A stretch of 64,000 nucleotides of DNA. It comes from the human T2T-CHM13v2.0 reference genome, Homo sapiens. Positions within the stretch are counted from its first letter, which is position 1; each line of letters begins with the position of its first letter. Location: NCBI RefSeq assembly GCF_009914755.1, contig NC_060933.1; one strand, given 5' to 3'. Made by a program: the position numbers and the translations under genes. Under the pieces are notes generated by a model. The model ran no database searches and was not told where the DNA came from. It saw only the letters and a program-made list of their open reading frames with translations. Below, piece by piece: positions 12,993 through 27,923 of the stretch.

Positions 12993-14451
12993 CTTAATTA
13001 TATTTTATTCCCTCTGAAATCAATGAAGACAGTAGACAAAAGAGGTAAGTATAATTTTACACTGTATAGTTTTCAAAGTTCTTTTCAATTAACCATGAAT
13101 TTTAGATTTCTAGACTACTTTACAAATAAGAATTTGAATGCTTAGACTAAGATACTTAGTTGAATTCCTTCCAGTCTCCCAGATAGCAATTTCTATATAA
13201 TATGGACTTATAGACACAGTGTCTTCCTACCAAAAGAAAAATCTAAACTAAATAAAACAAGATGAAGAAAAGAAGCCCTCCTTAAAATGAAAAAGAAATA
13301 TAAGTTGATAGAAAACCAAACTTTCATTAGTTTTGGAAACTAAGAGTGCCAAAAATTTTGAGGAATGTTTACATTCAATGACATCAGGTTAAAGTGAATC
13401 ATCGTAGGTCAATTTTCAAGTGTGCTTTTGATAAAAAAAAAAAAAGTCTAGGGATTTTATTGCTGTTAAGCAGCAAAGATAATACACTAATTACCGTCTA
13501 ATTTGGACATAGTTGGATATCAAGCAAGTTTAATTTGTAATGCATATAAGGACTATTATTGAATTCATTTTACCATTACAAAATAGGATAATTATCATTG
13601 AATTTATCAAACTTAAATGTTTACTTGTGATTTTCTTTAACATATAAGATTTTAGGACAAGATAGAATGATGAAAAAGACCTCTATCATTTCCCAGAATA
13701 GCTTTTATTACTGTGTAGTTTTGTCTTTTCCTTACAATAGTCCTCTCTTCATATGTAGGCAAAAAGTGCTATAGATAAAGTGACTTGAGATTGTGATTTT
13801 TAAAGTATATAGGAGAAAAAGGAAAAAGAAAGATATTGCATCATTTATTTCCTTTCCTCTCTATTCCCACCCTCCACTATTCCACCCTTTCAAGCTTCAA
13901 GTGTTTTTGTCAGTGCCTAACAGAATGGAAACTACCTGGAGCGTTCCAGTGAGTGCCCTACCAGGAACACTTTTTTATAGTTAGAACATGATTAATTTGA
14001 GATCCACCACTCAGACTACTGATGAGAGCTGAAATGTTCCTCCACAGCTGTGCTCTGATCTACTTATTGACAAGGATTAGATGTTTCTTTGTACCTTCAA
14101 TTCCTAATACACTATTTTTCACCAAGTCGTTATGCGTGGATTAAAATAACAGTGAATGTTAGGTGAAACGCTCTCTATAAATTAGGGGAAAATATTTGCA
14201 GAGCAAACCTTTAAAATGATTGAGAAAATATATTTTTAAATAAAAACAAAACATTTTCTTCATAAAACAAAACTTTATAATATTCTAAAAGTATTGCTGT
14301 TTTGTGAAACATCTTTATTTAAGTCCAGATTTGTGGGTTTAAAATGCTTGAACTTAATAAAACCAAATATTTCACCTACTTATTTAAATTTGAATGGCCT
14401 TTGTACTATCTTTATTAGTGAAGCAGGCAGACTCTATTGTTTTTGCCCTCA

Positions 14452-15471
<1,020 letters not shown>

Positions 15472-17230
15472 AAACAAGTTAAACATTAAAGGAGAAATAT
15501 ACCCTTATTGTTTAAAAAAGATAGATAAGAAGAAACTCTGCATACATATCATCAACCAGTTTTGTATTTGCAAAAAAAAGCTTGTATTAAAGTTAGCTTC
15601 TATCAGATATGTGCTCTCTCCCAAAGACAAGGAAAGTAAGTTAGATATAAGGATCTGGAAGACAATGAGTGCATGACATAACTACATTGAATACATTTTT
15701 TTAATAAGGCAGAAATATACCACTTATGAACCAAAATATTCTCTGAGCTTATTCAAAGCAATGCAGCCATATCCATTACCTTTTATTATGACTAATCACA
15801 TTTCAATGTATTTGAACATTACCTCACCCATTTACAGCCTCCTTCTATCTCTGAGATTGATTATAGCTGACATTCTCAGCAGTCAAAACATCTTGCAAAT
15901 GACTTCTTAGCCTGGAGAGCCCTACCAGGATGATATTCACATTGCTGTCTGCCTCGCTTGTCTCCCATCTAGCCATTGAAGCATTTACAATAATACTCTT
16001 ATTAAATTTGCTCCACCATGTGTTCAATTAGATAAAATCTTCTTAAATATTGCACTGGATGTGAATTGGGAAAATGCTAAATTGCTTCTGCATGTGTTAA
16101 GTGTATTCTGAGAGGTAGATGAAGCCATATTATATCATTGGATTTAAGCAATAAAGTCAATAGAAAAAGATGTTCATTTTGTTTGGTTACATTTACACAT
16201 TAAGTTTTCTTTCTAGATAAATGAGACTCTACTAAATAAACTGAATATAATGTGATAGGCTTGGGTGAAATATTTACTTTCTTTTATGTTTATTAGTTAT
16301 AGGAGAGAGTACAAAAATGAGTTTTATTATATGAAGAATTATATGAAGGAGAGAACTAAGAATTAACTTAGAGACATTATTCTTTTATTTTATAAATGGA
16401 AAACTAAATAGTTCCTACTTATTTATTGAAATAGAGAATATATTTAGGATCAATGCTTTACTTCTTAGAAAATTGAGTGGAAATTTCAAATACATTCTAG
16501 ATATTATATGCATACTATGCAATGCAGATCAAATATATTTTATTTTCTTAATATTAGATATCATTTAATAGCAAGTATCCTTTAGATGACTATTTAATAC
16601 GAGTAATACAATGTCTGATATTTCTGAAATATGAAAAGTGACCTAAAACACTATGACTAATATCTTCACAATATCCAAATACAGGGGAGGGCAGTTTGTG
16701 GAAAGGGAAAGGGGGCTGCTCATGTTTTCCTTGTTACTAAGCTGATTCTTATCACTTTTCTCACTGGACACATGGATGTACCTAAATAATATAAAATGTT
16801 ATGTATAGGCAGATCTGTCTGTACTTTTTAATGAAATATATGTCAATGTTTTTATTCTTGCCACTCCAATATGGGATCTCTACTTATGTAGTCCTTTACT
16901 TCTGAAGATCTTAACGCTTGACTCATAAACTGAAACCATGGCTCCATATTTGTGGATGTTTTTAAATTACATGAAAATTTTGTATGTACATTTTTCTTGA
17001 GAGAGTATCAGAGCATTCACCAGATTCTTTAGAGGTTGATGATTCTAACAAAAACAATCACTCTTCCAAGTATTTTGTAATGGATATTTAAGTCTTAATC
17101 AATTTGGAAATGTCTGTACACATTTTAAGGTCAGATATTATTTTGTTATATATATATATGTTTTTTAATATATAATATTAATATAAGATAATAACCATGC
17201 CTATTTATCTTCCTATCCTTTTTACTTTTG

Positions 17231-19268
17231 CAGGAATTCCTTGAGATATTGTGGGTTTGCTTTCAAATAATTGCAATAAAATTAATATTGTAATAAAGGG
17301 GGTCACACAAATTTTTGGGTTTCCCAGTGCATATAAAGTTATGTTTATACTATACTGTAGCCTATTAAGTGTGCAATAGCATTATGTCTTAAAACAGGAT
17401 TACAGACCTTAACTTAAATAATATTTTATTGTTTAAAAATGCTAATGAATCATCTGAGCCTTATTTTTTGCAATCTTTTTTGCTGGTGGAGGGTTTTGCC
17501 TTGATGTTGATCGCTGCTGACTGATCAGTGTGGTGGTTGTCAAAAGATGGAGTGGCTGTGGCAATTTCTCAAAGGACAAAGAAGCTTGCAGCATTGATTA
17601 ACTGTGTCACAAAAGGTTTCTCTGCTATTTAATATCATTTAACCCACAGTACAGCTTTTTTCAAAATTTGAATCAATCCTCTCAAATTACTATTGCTTTG
17701 TAAATTAAGTTTATGGAATATTCTAAATCCTTTGTTGTCATTTCAACAATGTTCACAGAATCTTCATCACCTGTGGATTCTATGTCAAGAAACCACGTTT
17801 TTTGCTCATCCATAAGAAGCAACTCCTCATCTGTTCAAATTTTATCATGAGATTGCAGCAATTCATTCACATCTTCTGTCTCCACTTCTAATTCTGGTTT
17901 TCTTACTATTTCCAGTGTATCTGCAGTTACTTCTTCCACTGAAGTCTGAACCACCCGTAAGGGTTGAAATCAACTTCTTTCAAACTCCTCTTAAAAGTAA
18001 TATTTTGGTCTTTACCTATGAATCACAAATATTCTCAATGGCATCTATAATGATGAATCCTTTCCAGGAGGTTTTCAACTTACTTTTCTAAGATCCATCA
18101 GATGAATCACTATCAATGGCAGCTATATACTTACGAAATCTATTTTCTTAAACAATAAGATGTGAAAGTAAATATTACTTTTTGATTCATGGGCTACAGA
18201 ATGGATGTTGTGTTACCAGTCATAAAACAAAGATTAAATTCCACATGTATCTTCATCAGAGCTCTTGGGTGACCAGGTTCATTGTCAATTAAAAGTTGTA
18301 TTTGGAAAGGAATCTTTCTTTATGAGCAGAAGTTTTCAACAGTGAGCTTGAAGTATTCAGTAAACCATACTATAATCAGATATACTATAATCCAGACTTA
18401 GTGTTCTATTTGTAAAACCCAGGCAGAGTAGATGTAGCATAATTTTTAAGGGCTCTAAAATTTTCAGAATGATAAACAAGCATTGGCTTCAACTGAAAAT
18501 CACCAGCTGCATTAGCCACTAACAATAGAATCAGTGTGTCTTTTGAAGCTTTGAAGCCAGGCATTGACTTCTCTCCAGCTATGAAAGACCTAGACAATAC
18601 CGTCTTCTAATATAAGGCTTTTTTGCCTACATTGAAAACCTGTTGTTTAGTGTAGCTCCCTTCATCAATGATCTTAGCCAGATCGACTGGATAACTTGCT
18701 GCAGCTTCTACATTAGCATTTGTTGCCTCACCTTTCACTTTTGTAATACAGAGATGATTTCTTTCCATAAACCTCATGAGGCAACCTCTGCTAGCTTCCA
18801 ACTTTACTTCTGCAGCTTCCTCACCTCTCTCAGTCTTCTTAGCATTGAAGAGTTAGGCCTTGTTCTGGATTATTATTTGACTTAAGGGAATGCTATAGTT
18901 GCCTTCATATTCTGACCAGACTGACTTAAGGGAATGCTATAGTTGTCTTCATATTCTGACCAGACTGACTTAAGGGAATGCTATAGTTGCCTTCATATTC
19001 TGACCAGACTCCTAAAACTTACTTTATGTCAGCAATAAGGCTATTTCACTTTCTTATCATTAGTGTGTTCACTGGAGTAGCACTTAATTTCCTTCAAGAA
19101 CTTTTCCTTTGCTTTCATAACTTGGCTTTTTGGCACAAGCAGTTGAATTTTGGCCTATCTTGGCTTTCAACGTGCCTTCCTCACAAAGCTTAATCCTTTC
19201 TAGTTTTTTATTTCAAGTGAGAAACATGCAATTCTTCCTTTCACTTGAACACTTAGAGACCGTGGTAG
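17231..19268 (-). mobile_element. Tigger1 DNA transposon (pogo/Tc1-mariner), one end missing, degenerate transposase
   Basis: Terminal cagg...gagatattgtgggtt. Minus-strand ORFs [10 protein letters not shown]...[18 protein letters not shown] and [12 protein letters not shown]...[12 protein letters not shown] match the Tigger1 CENP-B/DDE transposase. Confidence 0.93.
18878..19009. repeat. 3 x 44-bp tandem repeat
   Basis: tgacttaagggaatgctatagttgccttcatattctgaccagac starts at 18878, 18922 and 18966, with a single C>T in copy 2. Confidence 0.98.
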
Positions 19269-19270
<2 letters not shown>

Positions 19271-19323
<53 letters not shown>

Positions 19324-19353
19324 TACACATATACATATACATACACACACACA
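19271..19353. repeat. (TA)n-(CA)n compound microsatellite
   Basis: Directly visible. Confidence 0.98.
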
Positions 19354-19689
19354 ATTATAATCATATATAAAATATGGCTATAATTTAGCACTGTTTGAAG
19401 AGATAATAAAAGGTAATCAATGGGGAAAAACCTCATACCTTCTACAAATACAATATTTTCCCAAGGCCATATGAACATATCATGCCTAATGTCAATTATT
19501 GATATCCTGAATGCAAGAATCATATGCCATATGGACTCTGACTCCTGAACAACATGAAATTTCTGTTTCATTTCATATTATCTGAACTATTTTGAAATCA
19601 CAAAGAAGTATTTAATTGACTAAATTATAAAGAAATAATATTAAAGCACATTCTGTACTTCATGAAATGAGTGGATTTGGTTAATTTGC

Positions 19690-20250
19690 ATATTGAAACA
19701 TTTATAACTTCATGGCAGACTAATATTCTTATTATCTTCTCTCTTTTGGTGATAATTTTATATTCTAGCTGACAAAAGACTTGACCATATGGTTTCTTTA
19801 GCTAATGGAATATGAAGGTAAATGATGTTTGCTACCCCTGGGCATACAAGCTTTAGAATTAAATTTGTTTTTCTTCTCACTTTGTGTCTCAAATTAAAGA
19901 ATATGTGGAGCAGCTTAAAACATGTATTAATGTAGATAAATATATACCATATATTACATTATAAAATTATTTTACTTACAAGTGGATTAATAAGAAATAA
20001 AACAAGTATTCAGATTCTGTAATTGGCTACTGGACTGTGTCTTCATAAACACATCTAATAATGTATATATTTAAATTACAAGTATGAGAAGTTTGACATA
20101 TTATTGGACTACAGACTTCATTGGGTTGGGTTTTGATTAATTTCCTCTTTGCAACATTCCAACTCTTAATAGATATGTAGCCTGATTAAATTTTTATTGT
20201 TTTAAGTCCCTGAGATTTTGATTGTATTTTATTATAGAGAAACCGAAGCT
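19690..20250 (+). mobile_element. Possible old MLT1 (MaLR) LTR fragments
   Basis: cttgaccatatggtttctttagctaatggaatatg and attgttttaagtccctgagattttg...ttattatag resemble MLT1J/K segments. Confidence 0.4.
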
Positions 20251-20629
20251 GTTGTGAGTTATAGTCATGGTTATGTATTCTTTCTTCTCAACTTTTCCCT
20301 CATGGATCTAGCATTCTCATGTTCCTTAATTAAGTAATTTATCAATGAATACTAAGTACAAGATTTGTCTAGTGTTAAATACCCTAATAAAAAACCTCCA
20401 CTTTTAAGGATGAAGGAACTTCACTAATGGTGAGGGTGCCTTAAGTCTGCATGAAGAGTGTAAACACGTACTTAGTAATTCGTAACTGTTTGTTGTGTAT
20501 CATAACTCCAAATCATAACTGTTAGTCACTAAATGATGGTTTCATGTTGGCTACCTAAATCTGATTTGCATATTTCTGATAACTTATTTGTTTTATATTT
20601 AGAAAAATTTTAAGTACATACCAAGTGAA

Positions 20630-20990
20630 AGTTGCTAAAATATTCTGTATTATGCACATTATTTTAACAAACCCTCATACAGCCCTATAAAGTAAGTATA
20701 CTGCATCTAGTAAACACATTTTAGAGATGATGACACTGATTTTGCTAGTTTCCTTTTTATTTTTAATCAGAATATCATGCATTACGCTAATACTCATAAT
20801 AATTCTACCAAGTCATTCAAAACTCTGTTTTCTGCTGGACTATGAGCTTCAATTGGACAGGTCCTAACAATTTAAGTGTTGCTATTTGCTGCATGAATGA
20901 ATGAATTGGAAAGATAACCAACTTGCCAAATGTGCACAGATTTTTAAGTTGTATATAATAGGATTGAAACTTGGTCTGTCTGACTCAATC
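20630..20990 (-). mobile_element. MIR fragments (with a short L2-like tail between them)
   Basis: cctcatacagccctataaagtaagta...cattttagagatgatgacactga and aacttgccaaatgtgcacag...ggtctgtctgactc. Confidence 0.5.
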
Positions 20991-21175
20991 TACCTTCTAT
21001 ATTTCTACCTTTAGTACCTTCTTTTCTTGAGCATTAGATATTGGCGTACTGATCATGCTTTTGTAACAGAGTTAGATATCAGGCCACCTCCCTGCATGGT
21101 GTCTATCTAAGCTGAAATAGAGAGGCTGTGCATACTGAATTACTCAAAATAGATAATCACTGTCTCTTTACATTT

Positions 21176-21573
21176 GTGGCACATATACACCATGGACTAC
21201 TATGCAGCCATAAAAATGATGAGTTCATGTCCTTTGTAGGGACATGGATGAAATTGGAAATCATCATTCTCAGTAAACTATCGCAAGAACAAAAAACCAA
21301 ACACCGCATATTCTCACTCATAGGTGGGAATTGAACAATGAGATCACATGGACACAGGAAGGGGAACATCACACTCTGGGGACTGCTGTGGGGTGGGGGG
21401 AGGGGGGAGGGATAGCATTGGGAGATATACCTAATGCTAGATGACGAGTTAGTGGGTGCAGCGCACCAGCGTGGCACATGTATACCTATGTAACTAATCT
21501 GCACAATGTGCACACGTACCCTAAAACTTAAAGTATAATAATAAAAGAAAAAAAATAAATAAATTTAAAAAAA
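21176..21573 (+). mobile_element. 5'-truncated young L1 (L1PA2/L1PA3-like) 3' end
   Basis: gagatcacatgg and gatgacgagttagtgggtgc diagnostics, A-rich tail, candidate TSD tacattt at 21169-21175 and 21574-21580. Confidence 0.95.
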
Positions 21574-22699
21574 TACATTTCTATTATTTTAAATGAGCAT
21601 GCATTCTTCTAAATTTCATATTGACAAACTGTATAAATTTATTTATGTTAATTTCTTGGTAATGTAAAGCAACATAATAGCTATCAATAAGTATGCACTT
21701 CTTGATTTAAAAAATATCTTAACCCAAATAAATTTATTTTAAAGGAGAATTTGAGAACCACATGGACTATATGGTTTTTGAAAATAGAATTTGCAAATTA
21801 TCTTGAAAGCATACTACAAGTAAAAGTACATATTTTATTTTGTTTTTTTTTATTTGGTTCCTCTAATTATCATGTCTGATATGAGAGAAGAAACTATATA
21901 TTTGTAAATTTCTTATTCTGTTTCTTGTTTTTTTACTTTATCTCAAAACTGTGTTGCTGCAGCGTACAATTTTGTGACTGTTGTTTATGATTTTAAATAA
22001 ATACGAATATATTTTAAAATAAAATATTGAATTTAAGATATTAGCTTTTCATGTGAAACTTCTGATTTTTAAACACTATCACTATCTTTTTATATTTACA
22101 ATGTACAGGTTTTTGCATGGAAAGTAGCATTTATTTCATCATTTGCACTTGCAAATTCTAACCTAGTTTCTTTAGTACTAAGGATTACATCATTGGCAAA
22201 GGTTTTATATGAAGTCTAATCATATTTAGCTTAATTTCAAATTCCAAATGCAATTGTAAAATATATATTGATATTACAATATTAACATAGAGAAATATAA
22301 CACATATCACTTATACTATACTAGAAAGTTATTTTTACTCATAAGTAGATTAATAAGGAATAAGACAGAGGCATTCAGACTCTGCAATCCAATATTGGCC
22401 TGTATCTTCATAAACCCATATAAGAACATATGTAGTTAATTTAGAGGTATGACAAATCTGACACATTACTGGAATACAACTTTCACTGGCTTAGGGTTTG
22501 ATTGATTTTTCTCTCTGCAGTTTCCCCCAAAAAGGTATATGAAATATAGATGCTCAATAAATTTTTATTGATGTAATGAACAAAATGGGTGTGTGCTTAA
22601 GAAAGTTGTTGTATGTAGCAATCAGGTTCCCCTGTACAGAGAGGGAAAAAAAAAGTCTTCAAGACACTGAAATTAAGAAAAATTAAAACATAAAGGTGA

Positions 22700-23330
22700 A
22701 AAGAAGAATTTAAAATTCAAGAAGTCGTAATATTTGTTGTGAAATTTGAGCTTGGAGTGTAAGCAGAAAGAAGCTGAAGCCAAAGAGACAACATCTAAAT
22801 GATACTTGTAAGTGAATGTCATAAGTAGGGTCCCAAGGCAAAAACCAAGAGTGAAGCATTAGACTGAGGTAGTCAGCTATGTAAAAATAAAAGGAGTGAA
22901 ATGTAAGCCAAAACAAAGAATACTGCAAAATCCTTAAGAATGCATTAAAAATTCTAAAGATTAAAAGGCAGAATCAGAATCAAGTTGGGAGTCAGGGCAA
23001 GCTTATGAGATAGAGATGATGCTGGGATAAGAACAGTCCAGGAAAAAATGAGAAATGCATAGGTTAAATGCCAAAAATACCATGGGAGGTTTCATAATTT
23101 GCCAATAGGGATTGTTAAGGTAGTAAAGGTCAGATATAAAGGACTGCATGATGAACTATTTCGTGGCAAAACTGTGGAATTTTGACTTATCTGAAAGACC
23201 ATCGGGAGCTGCTGGAGAAAATTTAGCTGGAGGGTGATATGTTTATACTTGCATTTTGTAAAGGCCACTCTGATAGCAGTGCAAAACATGTAATTGAAAA
23301 TGGCAATAAACTTGGAGAACAGAATTAAGA
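22700..23330 (-). mobile_element. L2 LINE fragment
   Basis: Purine-rich degenerate L2 body (ggaattttgacttatc...gggagctgctggag...cattttgtaaaggccactctg). Confidence 0.5.
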
Positions 23331-24939
23331 CTTTCTTGGAGTATTCAAACTTTTTTAATAAACAAAACACTATTAATAACCAGATTGATATACAAAACGT
23401 AATCTTTAAAAAGCACAAGAAATTCTGCTATAGAAATCAAATCAATTCTTTTCAATATAAGCAATTACTTTGTGTATTTAAAACCAGTAACGAATATAAT
23501 AAACTTGTTATATCTTTGTCTTACCCTAGCTTTAACTCTGATTTACAAGTTACTTTCAAGCTGTATATAAAATTAATATTATGAAAGGTTATCTAAGTAC
23601 TTATATGGAATTTGTTCCACAGATATTTAAGCCCTTGGACTATACATACAATTCCAACTATACTTAAATAATTGAAGTGGTAATGACTCAAAAACCCTTA
23701 TGAATACACAGCTCCATCTTGAAAGTGATTGAGGTTTTTCTTATATTAACACAAACATTCCCTCCTTTTTTCTTTTACTCATTGTTTCAATTCTTGTGCT
23801 AGGGTTCAAAAATGTTACTTAACAAATGAATCTGCTATTGATTTCCTTAAAAATATTTTTATCTATTTTATTTTAAAAAATACCTACCATTTAACAAGCA
23901 CATAGGTGACCTGTATATTTAAGCATTTCTGCAATAATTGTTAGTACAATGCATAAAGTTAAAAGAAGGAATAATGAAATTAAGTGGTAAAAAGCATTTA
24001 TTTCATGTCTGTATGTTTAACAAGTAGTAATATTTTCTTAAGGAGCTTTGTGGTGGACAAATAACACTCCTGGCTGATCTCAACAAATCTTAACTAGAAG
24101 TCTTTTACATTCACCTATCCTTCAAATCTTTAAGGAAATGCGATATTATAATATGTTCCACTCAGATAAGAAGCTGGTATAATCCATTTTCCTTGAGCTA
24201 TTTATGTAAAATATCAGAATATAGATCCTACTGTTCAAAGATAATACTTTACTACTTTTTAAAAAAATGTCTAAACAAAATAACAACAAAAGCTTCAGCC
24301 CTGATGTGGTTTGGATGTTTTATCCCCTTCAAATCTCATCTTGAAATGTAATCCCCAATGTTAAAGGTGGGGCCTGGTGGGAGGTGTTTTGATCATGGGA
24401 ATGGATACCTCATGAATGGCTTGTTGCCATCCTTGTGGTAATAAGGGAGTTCCCTCTCTGAGTTAATGCAAGATATGCTTGCTTCAAAGAGTCTGGGACC
24501 TCCCTCTACTCTCTCTCTCTTGCTTCTGCTTTTGCCAGGTGATGTACTTGCTCCCCGCTCACCTTCTGCCATAATCGCAAGCATACAAAGAGCAGATGTT
24601 ATTCCTTTATAGCTATAACAAAAGCTTACCAACACAGAAAATTGGTACCCAGAGTGGGGTGTTTATATAAGGTATTTGAAAATGTGGAAGCAGCTTTGGA
24701 ACTGGGTAATGGGAAGAGGTTGGAAGAGTTTAGAGGGCTCAGAAGACATGAAGATGAGGGAAACTTTTAAACTTCTTAGAGACTTATTAAATGGTTGTGA
24801 CCAAAATTCTGAGAGAGAAACAGTGAAGTCCAGGCTGGCAAGGTCTCTGATGGAAATGAGGAAGTTAATGGGATCTGAAATAAAGGTCGTATGTGTTATG
24901 ACCTAGCAAAGTTTGACTGCATTCTGTCCACATCCCAGC

Positions 24940-25318
24940 CGATATGGTTTGGATCTCTGTCCTTGCCGCAATCTCCTGGCAAATTTTAATCCCCAGTGTT
25001 GGAGGTAGGGCCTGATGGAGGGTAATTAGATCATGGAGGTGGTTTCTAATGGTTTAGCACTGTCCTTCTAGTGTTGTTCTTGTGATAGAGTTCTCATAAG
25101 GTCTGGTTGCCTGAAAGTGTTTATCTCTCTTTTGCTCCTTCTCCATCATGTAAGACACCTGGCTCCCCATTCAGCTTTGTGAGGCATCTACAGAAGAGGA
25201 GCAGATACCTCCATGCCTTCCTTTCAGCCTGCATAACCAGGAGTCAATTAACTCTTTCCTTTATAAATTACGCAGTCTCAGGTATTTTTTTATAGCAATG
25301 CAATAACAGACTAATATA
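24940..25318 (+). mobile_element. Nested MSTA-like solo LTR
   Basis: (c)gatatggtttggatctctgtcc...ttataaattacgcagtctcaggtatt...gactaatata. Host internal sequence continues on both sides; degenerate 5-bp TSD ccagc/tcaga. Confidence 0.85.
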
Positions 25319-25390
25319 TCAGAGATCTGTGAGATGTTGAAGTTAAGAATTATTATGTAGGGTACACGGCAGAAGAAATTCTAAGCAGTT

Positions 25391-25706
<316 letters not shown>

Positions 25707-27438
25707 CTAAGCAGCAAAGCATGCAAGAAACATGACAGCTTCTAACAGCCTATGATCAGATATGAGAGCAAAGGAATGACTTAAATTTGAAATTTATATT
25801 TAAAAGAAAAGCATCACGTAAAGGTTTGGAAAATTTGTAACCTAGCTGTGTGGTAGAGAAGGAACAAGTCTATTTAGGACAGGAACACAAATGGACTGTA
25901 GAGCAACAACTTGTTAGAGTTATTTGCATGACTAAAAAGAAGTCAAGGGCTAATATCCAAGACAATGGGAAAAATACCTCAAAGGCATTTTAGAAATCTT
26001 TGAGGCAGCCCCTCTCATCACAGGCTCAGAGGACTAGAAGCACTAAATGATTTGGGGAGCCACTCCAGGGCTCCACTTCTCTGTGCATCCTCAGGACACT
26101 GTTCTCTGCACACTGACCACTCCATCTCCAGCCTTTGCTCAAAGGAGCCCAGATATATCTTGGGCCACCACTCCACAGGGCACAAGCAATGAGCCTTGGA
26201 AGTTTCCATATGATGTTAAGCCTGCAGATACATAAAATGCAAGAGTGAAGAAGGCTTGATAGTTTCCACTAAGAATTCACAGGCTATATAGAAAAGCCTC
26301 TGTGGCCAGGCAGAAGCCTGCTGCAGGGATGGAGAACCTCCTAATAGCTGCTCCTAGGGCAATGCTGAGGGGAAATGTGAGTTGGAGCCCTCACATGGAG
26401 TTCCCACTAGACTACTGTCTAGTGAATCTGTAGGAACAAGGCCACTACCTCTTAGATCCCAGCATGTTACAGCCACTAGCAGCTTGCAACATCAGAATGG
26501 AAAAATCACAGGCACAGGATACCAACCCTTGAGAACAGCCATGAGAGCTGCACCCTGTAAAGTCATGGGGCAGAGCTGCCTAAATCCTTGGGAGCCCATC
26601 TCTTGCACCAGGGTGCCCTGAATGTAGAACAGGGAGTCAAGGATTACTTTGGAGCTTTAGGATTTAATATCTACCCTGCTGGAATTTGAACTTCTTTGAG
26701 GCCTGTTGCCTATTTCATTTGGCTGATTTATTCCTTCAGAATGAGAATGTTACCCAATGCCTGTGTCACAATTGTATCTTGGAATAAATAACCTGTTTTT
26801 GATCTTACATGCTCACAAGTAAAAGGAACTTGCCTTGAGTCTCAAATGAGATTGGACTTTTTGAGTTGATGCTGAAATTAGTTAAGACTTTGGGAGACTA
26901 TTGGGAAGGGATGATTGTGTTTTGCACTGTGAGAAGAACATAAAATTTGGGAAGCCAGGGGCAGAATGATACATATTGGATGTTTTGTCCCTTCCAAATC
27001 TCTCACATTGAAATGTAATCTCCAATGTTGAAGGTGGTGCCTCGTGGAGGTGTTTTGATCATGGGGTCAGATCTCTCATGAATGGTTAGGTGCCATCCTT
27101 GTGGTAATGAGAAAGTCTTCACTCTAAGTTTATGCAAGATCTGCTTGTTTAAAAGAGTCTAGGACCTTGCCCTTCTCTCTCTTGCCTCTGTTTTCACCAT
27201 GTGGCATGATGACATGTTTGCCTTTGGCCATGATTATAAGCTTCCTCAGGCCTTCACAAGAAGCAGATGCTGCACTTTGTACCATGCTTCCTGTGCAGCC
27301 TGCTGAACTGTGAGCCAATTAAACTTCTGTTCCTTACAAATTACCCAGCCTCAGGTATTCCTTTATAGCAACACAGAAATGTACTAACATAATTCCAATT
27401 TAAGACAATAGCTCCATTTTCCATAGGTGTAACTAATC

Positions 27439-27923
27439 TGTAAACTAAAAAGTGACTGGGGAAGATCTCAATCAATTTAGAGGTTTATTTTGCCAAGGTT
27501 GAGGATACACCTGGTTGGGGGAAAACACAAGTTACTAGGATCTATGTCTTGTGCTTGTTGCAAAGAATGTTTTGGGAAATTTAATAATTAAAAATTGAAG
27601 AGCAAGTGGAAGGGGAAGAAAAATTGGGGGGCGGTAAGTTGGTAGGCAATGGGGCAAGTTGTTACTTTCTTGTGAAGCTCTGATTAGCACCCAGTGAATC
27701 TACATTTTACACATGAAAAGAAAGGAGTGGAGGGTCAATTACGCATGTCTCTTGCACTCAATAAAACTACATTTTACATAAGATAAAGTAAGCATGTGAA
27801 ATTACAGCTATCTGCTTGGGAATAAAAGAAACGCTGTTTTTGCGTGACTGTTTCCAAGCTGAACTTTTCCCTTTGGCAAAATGTAGTGTGTCTGTGGTCC
27901 CAAGATTTTATTTTCCTTTCACA
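27439..27923 (-). mobile_element. MER4-family solo ERV1 LTR
   Basis: TG...CA termini. The right end cccaagattttattttcctttcaca is the reverse complement of the MER4 start. Confidence 0.8.

Noticed and set aside
12215-13005. TSD for the antisense L1PA fragment
   Set aside because: No convincing duplicated flank was found, so none is claimed.
13020-13055. Consensus splice donor AG|GTAAGT (and similar sites such as about 12212)
   Set aside because: There is no supportable acceptor or reading frame, and such motifs are frequent by chance.
18878-19009. CRISPR-like array
   Set aside because: The units are head-to-tail with no unique spacers and derive from Tigger1 sequence in eukaryotic DNA.
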